NCBI GenBank assembly: GCA_013265495.1
Contig: MU057487.1
Span: forward strand, 744,001 to 808,000
Reading direction: 5' to 3'
Source: Vicugna vicugna
Taxonomy: Eukaryota
DNA: 64,000 nt
Shown: positions 1 to 13,300 of the stretch, piece after piece
Layout: every line of letters starts with the position of its first letter
Numbering within the stretch: position 1 is the stretch's first letter
The notes under the pieces: model-generated
What the model was told of the DNA's origin: nothing
The model's database searches: none
What the model saw: the letters and a program-made list of their open reading frames with translations, nothing else
Program-made: the position numbers and the translations under genes

Positions 1-370
1 AAATAGGGTGGTTACGGACATAACTAGTCCAGATGAGGTGCTACAGTAGGGTGGGCTCCCAATACAGTGTGACCAGTGTCCTCATAAGAAAATGGCCATA
101 TGAGGACATAGACAAGGAGAACGCCATGTGAAGACAGAGGATTGGAGTTCCTTGACATCTACAAGTCAAGGAACACCAAAGATTGCCAGCAAACCACCAG
201 AAACCAGAAAGAATCAGGGAAAGATTCTTCTATAGGTTTTGGAGGAGCATGCTACTGCTGAAACTCTGATTTTTGACTTACAGCCTCCATAACTATAAGC
301 AATAAGTTTCTGTTGGTTAAGCCACCCAACTTGAGGTACTTTGTTACTGTAGTCCTAGGAAATGGATACA
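1..370 (+). mobile_element. MaLR LTR (MLT1B/C-like), truncated by the window start
   Basis: Typical MLT1 text: gccatgtgaagacagagg, agcctccataactataagcaataagtttctgttg, ttaagccaccc, ending ctaggaaatggataca. Confidence 0.8.
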
Positions 371-399
371 CACCCTGACACCAATTCCTATTTTATTGA

Positions 400-2600
400 A
401 CAGAGAAAGAAGTGGAAGTGGAGAAAAAATTAAAAAAAAAATGAAGGTCAAATTGAAAGCAGTACAAAGAACAAACTGCTGAAAATACAGTAAGGGATAT
501 AGAATTCAAGATGGCAAAAAGAAATGGAACTAAAGTTGTTTTAAAAGTCAGAGGAAATGAAAGAGGGAATGGACAGTGAAGCTCTAACAACTGGTGTGCT
601 CAGAATATGCTAAAATAAAGTGATTCATAGTTTGAAAATAATAAGGTGCTAAGGACATACTATGGCAATGCAAACAAACCAAAAAAAGGGTGCAAATATC
701 AAGCAAAGTGAGGGCAGGGCAAAAAGCACCAAATGAGACACAAGAGAACATTTTATTACAAAAAGAGGAACCTATTATGGGAATCTAAGAGTGATAAAGG
801 TGTCGTTTATCATCAACATTCATAAAAAAATTCTAGGAAGTACTAGAGAAAAAAATTGTAGTACAACACTTCGGTTGAACTTTCCTCAGTCAATTGTGGA
901 ATAATATTAGATTCCAGCAAACACGTATACTCCCCACCCCCACAAAAGGCTATGTCTTATTTTCCAATAATCATGGAAAAATCAATCACAAAAGTCACCA
1001 TGGACCAGCCATGAAGAAACCTCAGATTCCTAAAGAAATAGAGTTGACAACATTCATCACAACTTATCACAGTAATAAGATCAGAAAATAGCAGAAGGCA
1101 CATAACCAAACCAGCTAAACAAAAACTAACCTGAATATGCCTCAGCCCAAAGAGAAAAGGAAACCTAATGTTACAGAATATCTGGAAAATAAATATGACG
1201 AAGACAGCACACATGGAGACCACCTGGCTGCAGGTAACAATACCAAAATCAAAATGCTTACTTCAAAATGATTAAGAATAAAACTGAATGGAATGAACTT
1301 TTGAACAGGAGTTTTAGAAGACCAGTGAAGGAATAAATTAATGCTAACAGCAGAAGTTTGTTTATTAGAAACAGAATAATTTTTGTAAAAGCTTTTTGGA
1401 GAGAGAGGATAAAATAGATAAACCTGAAAATTGTGGTATTGAAAAATAAATGATATTTATATGAGAAAGTAAAAAAATCCCAATTGAAAATCTTGCTTAA
1501 TACGATACAAATGAATTCAAAGGAAAATGTGATTTCTCAAACTTCTCCAGGGAGAAAAATAATCCAATTTTTATATTTGAGAAATAAGTGATCAAAAATT
1601 TAATTTTTACTTGGCCCAGCCCTCTTTGTAACAAGCATCACCAAAAATGCACCAAGTCTAGAATATATCACAGGGAACTCAATGAGACATTTAAGAAATT
1701 TATCTTCCCAATGCCATTTAAAACATTCCAATGCATAGAGCAAAGAAAGCTCTCCATTTTAAAGGAAGTTGGCTTTGAAGTGATCAAAGTTGAGCAGCCA
1801 GTTTGCTGTTGGTCTCTGTCAGACTGTAACCAGAGGAAGACAGTTACTAGTGATTAAAGGATCTGGGAAATGCTGCAAGGTGAGTAATTTTGGCAGTGCA
1901 AAGAAAGTGAGTCCCAAGGGCCCTAAGGAACATACATTACTAAGTTGGAATCGGAGGAAGGGATTGGGCTTTTTGTAAATGGAGGGGGTAAGACAGAGAA
2001 GCAAACTATGAATACCATGACATCAGTCTTGCTGATGTTTTATTATAATTCCAGGCTTACTATCAGGAATGAAACAACACATTCGACAACATAATTGATT
2101 ACGTAAATATTGAAACTCTCAACCATCAAAGAAATGTTATTTGTTAGAAAGAGAGCCCTTTATAATAAAAATGACCAAAACATGAATTTTTCCGAGGATT
2201 AAATAGCATATATATAAATGAAGTTAGCATGATATTTATACTGAAACCTGACAGAGGTGCACAAAAATAGAAAATTAGTTACCAATCTGAAAGTCATGCA
2301 AAAACTCTAACAAATAATTAATAAATGAAACCAACAGCACAATAAAGATCAGCATAAGATGTCCAGGGTGGGTTTATACAGTTGTTTACTATTAGATTGT
2401 TAGGAAAGCTATTAATGAAATTTACCATGAAAGCAAATCAAAGCAGGATGTTATTTTTCCATAAATGCTCAAAAAGAATTTATAAAAATTAAGTGCAATT
2501 AATTTTTCATTCAATAAAAACTTAATTGCAACTTAAAATAGTAATAAGTAGGTATTTCCTGAATATGATTTTTTTAACTATTGTGCCTAAAAGTTACTGG
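400..2600 (+). mobile_element. Highly decayed ancient L1 (L1M/L1ME-type) fragments
   Basis: A-rich plus strand with remnant L1 ORF2-like phrases; boundaries approximate. Confidence 0.4.
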
Positions 2601-3431
2601 CCAGAAGCAGAAAAATTGTGAACCATTTTAATCATTTCTTTTTAGTCAAAGACAAAGCATATTACAAACAAGATACTGGAACTGTCTGTTCTGATCTTAT
2701 GTAAGGTGTTTAAAAAGATAGAATGCACATTAATATAGGTTAAAAGGGACTTTAAATAAAACTACAAAAATTATTAATTATTAAGTGGCATAAGTTCTGT
2801 TAATAATCAAGGGTTGCTTGCTGAGAATGTAATTAGTGTGCCAGGACCTGCTGAGAAAGCAACTGAGCTAATACGCCTGGGAATGCACGTATTTCTAATA
2901 CCATGTTTGGTAAACATCATTTTATCATTCTGCTCTAGGAAAATACTGACATTGCTGAGAAACCAATATACAGGAGATGCAAATGAAAATTAAGAGACAA
3001 TTTTGTTATCCTGAAAAATACTGTTCATTGTTCCATTTCAAGGTCCATAGTTTAAGAACAAAATGTCCTCCAGTAATAATGTGAAATGGGAAGGCAAGAA
3101 AATATTTTTTTAGGAATAAGCATTAAAATTAAGGGTAACAATCTACATCTACTTCTAAAAATACAGTGAACATGTGATGCATGATATAGTGTCAGTGAAA
3201 TAGCATCACCACCACAAGCCAAGTCTTCAAGTCCAGAAATTGTAGGGGATATAAATGCATATTTTAGTTATTACTTGAAAGGAAAAAGAGAAACATCACC
3301 ATCATGGGTAACCTATAATGAAAGAGCTGGCCAAATAAAATGTTCAGTTTCTTCAGGTGAAGTGAACATCAATTTATTATAGATTCCATATAACAGAGTA
3401 GACAGAAACACTCTAGCTGCTGGTGGTACTG

Positions 3432-6400
3432 ATCATATAGTATTTTTCTCTTTCTGGCTTACTTCACTTAGTATGACAATCTCCAGGTCCATCCCTATAA
3501 GTGATAACATATAATATTTTTCTTCATCTGTCTGAATTACTTCACTTAGTAGGATGTTCTTTAGGTCCATCCATGTTGTTGCAAATGGCATTATTTCATT
3601 CTTTTTTATGGCTGAGTAGTATTCCATTGCATAAATATACCACAACTTCTTTATCCAGTCATCTGTTGATTGGCATTTATGTTGCTTCCATGTCAATGTC
3701 TTGGCTAAATAGTGCTGCTGTGAATGTTGGGATGCATGTGTCTTTTCAAATTAGAGTTTTCTCCAGATATATGCCCAGGAATGGGATTTCTGGATCATAT
3801 GGCAACTCAGTTTTAATTTTTTTAAGTCACTATGGGGAGCAGTATGGAAGTTGCTTAAAAAATTCACATTGAGTTGCCATATGATCCTGCAACCCCACTC
3901 CTGGGCATATGATATCACTTACATGTGGAATTAAAATATGACAGAAATGAACATATTTATGAAACAGAAACAGAGTCACAGGCATAGAAAATAAATTTTT
4001 ATTACCAAAGAGGAAAGGAGATGGGGAAGGGACAAATTAGGAGTTTGGGATTAGCAGATACAAACTACTATATACAAAATACTTAAACAACAAGGTCCTA
4101 CTGTATAGCACAGGGAAATATATTCAATATCTTGTAATAAACCATAATGGAAAAGAATATGACAATTTTGTAAATCAACTACTTTTCAACTTAAAAATCA
4201 AGGATAATAGCAATTTAACTATAACATAAAATACTTTTCCAGAATCATCTTTTGAGTTTATTTACAGCTAGTTTTGGTAATATATTTATTTATTTTCATG
4301 TGGTTGAATGTATTAGATTTTATTGTCTTTGTGTCATGCTTAGACTTTCTCAGTTTCAAGATTTTTTAAGAAAATATTTGCAAATGATGTGACCAACAAG
4401 GGCTTAATTTCCAAAATATAGAAACAGCTCATACAACTCAATAGCAAACAAACAAACAAACAAACAAAAAACAATGCAACAACCCAATCAAAAAATGGGT
4501 AGAATACCTACATAGACGTTTCCCCAAAGAAGGCATACAGATGGCCAATAGGCACATTAAAAGATGCTCAACATCACTAATTATTAGAGGAATGCCAATC
4601 AGAACTACAATGAGGTATCACCTCACATTGGTCAAAATGGCCATCATTAAAAAGTCTACAAATAACAAATGCTAGAGAGAATGTGGAGAAAAGGGAACCC
4701 TCCTACACTGTTGGTGGGAATGTAAATTGGTGGAGTCACTATTTTCATCAATAGATGAATAGATAAAGAAGATGTGGTATATATATATACAATGGAATAC
4801 TACCTAGCCATAAAAAAGAATGAAATAATGCCATTTGTAGCAACATGGATGGACCTAGGTATTATAGGGTAATAAGTATATAGATACAATACTCAGTGAA
4901 GTAAGTCAGACAGAGATACCATTTTTTAAAAGGAATTTCCATACTGTTCTCCATAGACTGCACCATCATTTGTAAATATTTTCTCCCAGTCCCTAGATTG
5001 TCTTTTCATTTTGTTTATGGTTTCCTTTGCTGTGCAAAGGCTTTTAAGTTTGATTAAGCCCCATTTGTTTATTTTTGCTTTTATTTCTCTTGCCTTGGGA
5101 GATTGACATAAGAAAACATTGCTACCATTTGTGTCAGAGAATGCTTTGCCTATGTTTTGTTCTAGCAGATTTATGGTGTCCTGTCTTATGTTTAGGTTTT
5201 TAAGCCATTTTGAAGTTTATTTTTGTGGATGATGTGAGGTAATGTTCTAATTTCATTGATTTACTTGTGGCTGTCCAGTTTTCCCAACACGACTTGCTAA
5301 AGAGACTGTCTTTTCTCTATTGTATATTCTTACTTTGTTTGTGGAAGATTAACTGACCACAGGTGTGTGGGTTTATTTCTGGGCTCTTTATTCTGTTCCA
5401 TTGATCATATGTCTGTTTTTGTGCCAATACCATGCTCTTTTGATCACTGTAGCTTTCCAGTATTGTCTGAAGTCTGGGAAGGTTATGCCTCCAGCGTTCT
5501 TCTTTGTCCTCAGGATTGCTTTAGCAATTCTGGGTCTTTTATGGTTCCATAACAATTTTAGGATTATTTATTCTTGTTCTGTGAAAAATGTCATGGGTAA
5601 TTTGATAGGGATTACATTAAATCTTTAGATTGCTTTGGGTAGTAAGGCCATTTTAACAATATTAATTTTTCCAATTGAAGAGCATGAGACACCTTTCCAT
5701 TTCCTTGAAACATCTTCAGTATTCTTTAACAGTGTTTAATAGTTCTTAGCATATGTCTTTCACCTCCTTAGTCACGTTTATTCCTAAGTATTGTATTTTT
5801 GATGCAATTTTTAAAGGTTTTTTTTTAATTTCTCTTTCTGATATTTCATTGTTAGTGTAAAGAAATGCAAGATTTCTGTAAGTGAATCTTGTATCCTGCT
5901 ACCTTGCTGAATTTGTGTATCAGTTCTAGGAGTTCTTGTGTGGAGTCTTTAGGGTTTTCTATATATAGTATCATGTCATCTGCATATAATGACAATTTTA
6001 CTTCTTCTCTTCCAGTTTGGATAGTTTTTCTTTCTTTTTCTTGTCTGATTGCTGTGGCTAGGACTGCCAATACTCTGTTGAATAGAAATGGTGAGAGTGG
6101 GCATGCTTGTCTTGTTCCAGATTTTAGAGGGAAGGCTTTCAGCTTTTCACTGTTGAGTATTATATTAGCTGTGTGTTTGTCATAAATAGCTTTGATTATG
6201 TTGAGTTATCCTCCCTCTATACCCACTTTGGTAAGAGTTTTTATCATAAATCAATGTTGGATTTTATTAAATGCTTTTCTTCATCTATTGAGATGATTAT
6301 ATGGTTTTTGTCCTTTCTTTTATTGATTTTTACATCTATATTCATCAAAGATATTTGGACTGTAATTTTCTTTTTTGGTAGTGTCTTTGTCTGGCTTTGG

Positions 6401-7350
6401 TATCAGGGTGATGGTGGCTTCATAGATTTTGGGAGTGTTCTCTTCTCTTTAATCTTTTGGAAGAGTTTGAGAAGGATTGGTATAAATTCTTCTTTATATG
6501 TTTGGTACAATTCCCCAGTGAAGCCATCTGGTCCTGCACTTTTGTTTGCAGGGAGGTTTTTTTTATTACTGATTCTATTTCACTTCTAATGATTGGTCTG
6601 TTTGGAGTATCTATTTCTTCTTGATTCAGCTTGGATGTGCTCTGTGTTTCCAGAAATTTGTCCATTTATTCTAGGTTGTTCAATTTGTTGCCATACATTT
6701 ATTTATAATATTCTCTTAAGGTTTTTGTATTTCTGTGGTTTTGGTTGTAATTTCTTCATTTTTTCATTTCTTATTTTGTTTATTTAGTTCCTCTCTCTTT
6801 TCTTCCTGGTGAGCCTGGCCAGAGATTTGTTGATTTTGTTTGCCCTTTCAAAGAACCAACTCTTGGTTTTACTGACTTTTTCTATTTTTTAATCTCTATT
6901 TTATTTATTTCCTCCCTGATCTTTAGTATTTCTTTCCTTCTGCTGACTTTAGGTTTTATTTGTTCTTCTTTTTCTAATTCTTTTAGGAGGTAGGTTAGTT
7001 TGTTTACTTGAGATTTTTCCTGTTTTTTTGAGGAAGTCTTGTGTCTTTGCAAACTTCCCTCTAAGAACTGCTTTTGCTGCATTTCATAGATTTTGTATCA
7101 TCGTGTTTTCATTGTCCTTTGTCTCAAAGTATTTTTTAATTTCCTCTTTGATTTCATCCATTGTTTTTTTAGTAGAATGTTGTTTAGTCTCCATGTCATC
7201 ATTTTTTTCTCATTTCTCTTCCTGTGGTTGATTTCTGGTTTTATACCATTGTGGTCAGAGAAGATGCTTGAAATTATTTCTATCCTCTTAAATTTGTTGA
7301 GGCATGTTTTGTGTCCTAGTATGTGGCCAATCCTAGAGAATATTGCATGT
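3432..7350. mobile_element. L1 mosaic: ORF2/3'UTR pieces in alternating orientation (- 3432-3826; + 3826-4200; + 4369-4920; - 4921-7350)
   Basis: ORF-track peptides are L1 ORF2 remnants ([50 protein letters not shown], the RT YADD motif; LNQEEIDTPNRPI) with many stops and frameshifts. Confidence 0.9.
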
Positions 7351-7359
7351 ATTATCCTT

Positions 7360-7800
7360 GATTTTCAAAGAACTCCCATATACCAAAAAGACCAGAAAAA
7401 TGAGCAACAAATAAGTAGAACCAGTTAACCAATGAAGAAACATAAATAACTATTAAACAGATGAAAAGATGCTCAAAGACACTTAAAAATGCAAATTCAA
7501 AGCTACTCTAAGATATCATTTTTCATCTATTAGGTTGGTCAAAAACATATTTACTATCACTATTAGTATGTGGTAAAACAGAGTCTCACATTGTTGAGGA
7601 GAGAAAAAATTGACAAAATTTATTAAAAGAACAAATGTACAATACCTATCAAAATTACAAATGCCATTTTACATTGAATTTCCTGTAGATATTTTTCCTA
7701 CAGCTATGCTTGGACATTTAACAATTTAATTCATGTTGCAAAGATAGTCACTGCAGCCATGTTTATAAAAGCAAAAAACTGGAAATCATGGATTAGAAGC
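7360..7800 (+). mobile_element. Old L1 (L1ME-like) 3' fragment
   Basis: atgaaaagatgctcaa...aaatgcaaattcaaagctact...gatatcatttt pattern of the L1 ORF2 end. Confidence 0.6.
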
Positions 7801-8719
7801 AGAATGCTGCCGTGGTATTACTTTCACAATCAGATAAAAACATTGATATACAAAAGGTACAAATCCTTTATATGGGAACATAACAATTTCATAAGTTATT
7901 CAAAAGTACTTTGAAAATTAATGCCAAAGCAACAACCTATTTTGAATGGTAGAAATAAAACCTTTCTTAGGCAATGCATTTCCTTGATTTAGCAGTGAGG
8001 GATCCGTTTTTGTTGTGGTTGTTGTCGCGTGCCAAAAACTGTGCTGGGCACTTTGAAAGATTATTTAAATTGCTTTTAATAATATGTGCCCCTAACACAA
8101 CCTTTCTAATGCCAATGACTCTATATGTCTTTTTCAGAAATCCTTTAAGACACACAGATACTCTAAAAACTGCTTTCTAAATTACGATCCTTACTGTTAC
8201 TGAAATCCTAACTTACCTTCTGCCCTGTAATTTAAAAAAATGTTTCTTCTGCTCTGGAAAGAATGGTTAGCCTTCCTCTGTCAGTCCTCATACGGGTGGG
8301 ACCGACAGCTTCAAGCCCAATTCTAACTTTGGGAAAGCAGGAAATATGCAAACATAGTCCAGTCATGACTCTAATCAAACCAAACCAGAAAGATGAAAAA
8401 CTAAATTCCTGCTTCTGAAGAACCTGTAAGACTGGCAATTTCAGGGGACTAAAACAGAATTAAGCATCCTCTCTTTTCATATGTATTATCGCCATCATTA
8501 ATTTGGAAATCTTCTCTGATGTCAGCTAAGTTGGAGTTCATTTTGAAACTGAATCAATAATTCACCACTGGTGAATAAACTGGGGAATACCACTCAGGCA
8601 TGATTTCACTGCAAAGGCTTAGTGCCTGCTTAGAGGGAAGGAAGTAAACCCATTCAGCACATTCTATCTGGAAGGCACTATTTTTATTGTGTGTATGTGT
8701 GTGTGTTTAATTCTTACTA

Positions 8720-8830
8720 GTAATTAAGGAACATGACATCAACATCCTTACAGGCGAAAAGGCAGAGGCACAAATAGATTAAGACATTTGTCAAAGATAA
8801 CTCAATGTGTGGCAGAGCTGGTTTTGATGA
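8720..8830 (-). mobile_element. MIR fragment
   Basis: catccttacaggcgaaaaggcagaggcaca...ggcagagctgg resembles the MIR core. Confidence 0.55.
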
Positions 8831-8890
8831 ACGCATTTATGAATCCAATAAACGATTACAGCAATTGTCATTGTTGTCAGTTATAGCTAT

Positions 8891-9084
8891 TATAGTATTT
8901 CATCAAATCTGGGATGTTGTAAAACACATCACTATTTGATGTTTCTAACCAAAAAATACAACTTTGCAAATTACACCGTAGCATACACATTTTATCGTAG
9001 TATCGTCTATCAGATCACAGGTAAATAAAAAGTTTAGGATAGCAGAATGTTTCTGACAACTTGATGTTTGATGCGTTAATGGTA
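8891..9084. mobile_element. Possible TcMar-Tc2 DNA-transposon relic (MER104/Kanga-like)
   Basis: Starts ta-tagtatttcatcaaatct and ends ttgatgcgttaatgg-ta, a degenerate TIR pair. Confidence 0.35.
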
Positions 9085-9271
9085 ATCCTTCAAAAACTGA
9101 TCATACGATCTTCTCATTGTCTTGGAATTTCTTTTTTCTATTCTGAAAGCTTCAGTTATATAAGCAGTCCCTTTTTATGTATTTTAGTAACAAGATATAA
9201 CACCGTTTCAATTAGTTATGAGTGTCTTTCTTTCCTAGGTACAATAAAGCATTTGCTGGTTGATTATTTAT

Positions 9272-9310
9272 AAATGAATGAATGAATGAATAAATAAATA
9301 AATAAATAAA
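9272..9310 (+). repeat. (TGAA)n(TAAA)n simple repeat, probably an L2 3' tail
   Basis: aaatgaatgaatgaatgaataaataaataaataaataaa preceded by caataaagcatttg. Confidence 0.7.
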
Positions 9311-9659
9311 TTGTGATTATTCCTCAAATGACAAATATCTGCTTCATTAATTTTGATCTTACGCCTAGTCGCTATTACAGTTCATTTTTTCACACACAGT
9401 AAATTTTCATTTCAAGGAAAATCATGCCAAAATCTTTTTGAAGCAGATTTAATAGCAATTACATTCAGTATACTTAGCAACAATCCATAAAACTCAGATA
9501 TGAAAAAATCATGGATGGTTATGACCAGGTTCTCTTATATTTAGGTAATGGCAATCACAATGGCAGTCTCTTATCTGGCTGACAGTAATTGTAAGACCTC
9601 ATCATTTGTAAGGATTTCAAGGATTTACAATGTGAAAATAAATGTCTTAAAATATATGA

Positions 9660-10270
9660 AAATATATGTGTCAAACACTGTGCCAGGAACCGAGAATATC
9701 ATGAAGTAATACAGCCTCGTGCTGTTTGTTGTCTAGGGTGGGCAGACAGATATGCCAACAATTTGTATTTCATGTGATGATAAAAATAGCAATAAACATT
9801 ACTATAGTTTTTATACACACACTTTATATGCTAACGTATTCTATCCTTATAATAATCCTATGAGGCAGGAACATAATAGAAGTATGAGTCTATCTGGATA
9901 CCCAGGAAGGGTATCTAACTATGCTGTGTGTGTGGAAAGCTTTTTGGAGGAGGTACTAATATGTATGAGTAGTAGAAAAGGGAAGAAATAAAATTCGAGG
10001 CAGTAGCACTTCATAAGCATAATCAGAGAGGCAAAGAGAGTGGGACACCCAGGGAGGAGAAGTAAAGGTGCTGTGGTTCATGAGGCATGGGGGAGGTGTC
10101 AGGAGCACGGCTTTGTGTGTAATAAGGAGTTTAGATTTTATCCTACAGATTGAGGAATGCCATTGTTGATTAGAGGGAAGTGTGATTGGGACCAGAGAGG
10201 CCAGAAAAGAAAACTCTTTCAAAACATCCAACTAAAATATAACAAAGACTTAGATTAGGTCAGGGACAGT
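9660..10270 (-). mobile_element. L2 fragments
   Basis: cactgtgccagg, aggagtttagattttatcct, gccattg...ggaagtg: purine-rich L2 antisense signature. Confidence 0.55.
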
Positions 10271-10309
10271 TTGTGAAATATTAACTACTAATATTAAAGG
10301 GGTGAGGTT

Positions 10310-13300
10310 AGGGAAAATACAGAGTAAGAAATTCCAAAGTTATGCTTCTCCATAAAAGGAACAAAAAAATCTGCTAAAACTGAGAATTCACCTTTTGGGA
10401 ACTCTAGAAATTACCCAAAGGCTTACAGCAACCCACGGAGTGCTTATGCAAGTACAAGGGCTGCATCTCAGTTTGAACAGCGTACTTTGTGTCATTGGAA
10501 CTTATCCTAGCTTCACACCCCTATGCCTAGTTCAGAGGTGGCATTGAAAATAATAGCCTGTTACACCCTGTAAAGGGTATACAGGGGATACCTGTATAAT
10601 GGTTCCCTGGAAGACCAACTCAAAAGACTAGTCATTATTTCACCTGACTCCAAACTAGCTTAGTGCTAATGCTGCTTACTTGGGGGCTTTTGTCTAAAAC
10701 ATTAGCAAGCAAACATTTAAGACCCTGTTCCCTGAGGCTGTGGATAACAGTGAGTCAAATGATGGTCATTTCAAAAGGCTTGGGAGGGAAGCCTGAGAAA
10801 TGAAGTGTCCATTAAAAATTCTGCAAAGCTCTGAACAATTTCTAGGAATCTACAAGGCCACACGTATTCCCAGGATTGTGTTCAGAGAGACCTGTAAAGG
10901 CCCTAAGCCCTCAACGCTGGCTCTTAAGGCCCTGGGGAAGCAGAAGATAAAGGCTAAAGTAGATTGTAAATTTCTATGGTTCCACATTGAAGACATGCCT
11001 CTTGGCAAAGACTGGGTGATTTTGTGGCTCCAGGAATTTAAGGAAATCTCTGTTCAGCCATTAGCTGACCTCTAACCTAACAGAATAGATTTTTCAGTGG
11101 CCACACATGACTAAGGATACATACTTCCCAAAATTAGTTCTAAAAACTCATTAATCAAACAACAGCTACAATAATCAGTAACATCAGCAAATCTAAGTGG
11201 GGGAACTGGGAGGGAGAGAAGTTGCTTTCTGGAATTTTTCCATTGTGATATTCAAAGTGTCCAGTTTTCAACAACAACAAAAAATTACAGTGCATGCAAA
11301 AAAAAAAAGTGCCTCTGAGAAAACTTAGATGTCAGACTGTCTAGACAAAGATTCTAAATTAGTTATTTTACACATGTTCAGGGAGCTAAAACAAATCTTA
11401 AACAAGTAGATAAATAAATAAAAGAAAGGATGAGACTAATGGCACATGAAATATAGAATATAAATAAAGAGTAGAAGTTATAAAAAGGAACCAAAGAGAC
11501 ATTCTGGAGTTGAAAAGTACAATAATTGTTATGAAAAATTCATTTGGAGGACTCAATAGCAGATTGAAAAAGCAGAAGAAAGAATCAGTGAATTTGACAA
11601 TTAAAATTTCTAAGTCCAAGGTAAAGAAAGAAAAAAAGAATGGAGAAAAATGAACAGGATTTCAGAGACCTTGGAACACCAGAAAATGTACTGGCATAGT
11701 CATAAGGGGAGTCCCAGAAGGAGATGAGAGGAAAGGGCAGAAAGAATATTAGAAGAAATAATGGTCCAAACTCCCCAAATTTGATGACAAACATTAATTT
11801 ACACAGCTCAATGAACTCTCAGTAGAATAAACTCAAAGAGATCCATACCTAGACATATTATAATCAAACTATCCAAAGCCGAAAACAAAGAGAGAATTTT
11901 GAAAGCAGCAAGAAAGAGGTGATAACATCGAATGCAAGGGATGCTCAAATAAGATAAACAGTGGTTTCTTATTAGAAACTATAGAGACCAGAAGGCAGTG
12001 TGATGACATACTGAAAGTACTGAAATAAGAAAAAAAAAAAAACCTTCTTTCAAGTAAGAATTCTATCTCTGACAAAATTATTCTTCAAAAATGAAGGTGA
12101 AATTAACACATTCTCAGATAAACAAAAACTATGAGAGTTTGTCATTAGCAGACCTATCCTACAACACATGCTAAAGTCATTTGTTTGCTGGAGTCATTCA
12201 GGCCGAAATAAAAAGAGATTACGTAGTAATTCAAACCCACATGAAGAAATAAAGAACACTAATAAAGATAATTAACTACCAAGGTAAATATGAAAGACAG
12301 TATAAATGTATTATTTGTAATTCATTTTTTTCTATCTGACTTAACAAACAACTGCATAAATCAAAATTATAAATGTGATAAAGGGCACACAGTGTATAAA
12401 GATGTGGTTTCTACAACAGTATGAAGCTGGGGAACAGAGACATATAGGAGCAATGTTTTTATATATTATTGAAATTAAGTTGGCAATGTTCTAAATCTAA
12501 GGAGAAATACAATATCTGAGTAGACTTATAACAAGTAAAGAGATGGAGTTACTAATTAAATACATTCCAAAAATGAGAAGTGTGGGACCGGGGCGCTTTA
12601 TTGATAAATTCTACCAAATATTTAAAGAATTAATGTCAATCTTTCACTAACTCTTTCAAAAAAAAAAAAAACAGAGAAAGAAGGAGCACTTCTTAATTCA
12701 TTCTATGAGGCTAGAATTACCCCAATGCCAAAGGCAGAAAAAAGCAACACAAGAAATGAAGACTACAGACCAATATCCCTTGTGAGTATAAATGCAAAAA
12801 TCCTCAGAAAAAAAATCCCCCAAATCCCAAAAAACTATCAAACTAAATCCAGCAGCATTAAAAAAAAAATACATACCATAACAAGTGAGGTTTTTTTCAG
12901 GAATGCAGGATTGGCCCAACCTACAATAGTAATCAATGTAACATCGTATTAATAGAATAAAGGAAAAAACACAAGGTCATTTCAATATATGCAGAAAAGC
13001 ACATGACAGAACCCAATACTATTTCTTGATAAAAACACACAACAAACTAGGAATAGAAGGGAATTTTCTCAACCTAATGAAGGCCAACTATTGAAAACCC
13101 ACAACCAACATTAGGATTAATGATGAAAAACTAAATGCTTTCAAAAACAAGACAAGTAGGTCTGCTTTTGCCACTTCATTCACCTTTGTTCTGGAGGTTC
13201 TAGCCAGGGAAGTTCGTCCAGAAAAAGAATTAAAAGTCATTTGGATGTGGTATATTTATATGATGGAATACTACTCAGCCATAAAAACCGACAACATAAT

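Noticed and set aside
1770..1885. Strong donor-like site caag|gtgagt at about 1880 (and gaag|gtaagt on the minus strand near 8215) as exons of a lncRNA or divergent ADGB transcript
   Set aside because: Isolated consensus donors are common, and I could not support a partner acceptor or exon chain from sequence alone.
5852..6070. ORF with the reverse-transcriptase YADD motif as a functional RT gene
   Set aside because: It is a 72-aa remnant of a frameshifted, stop-riddled L1 ORF2.
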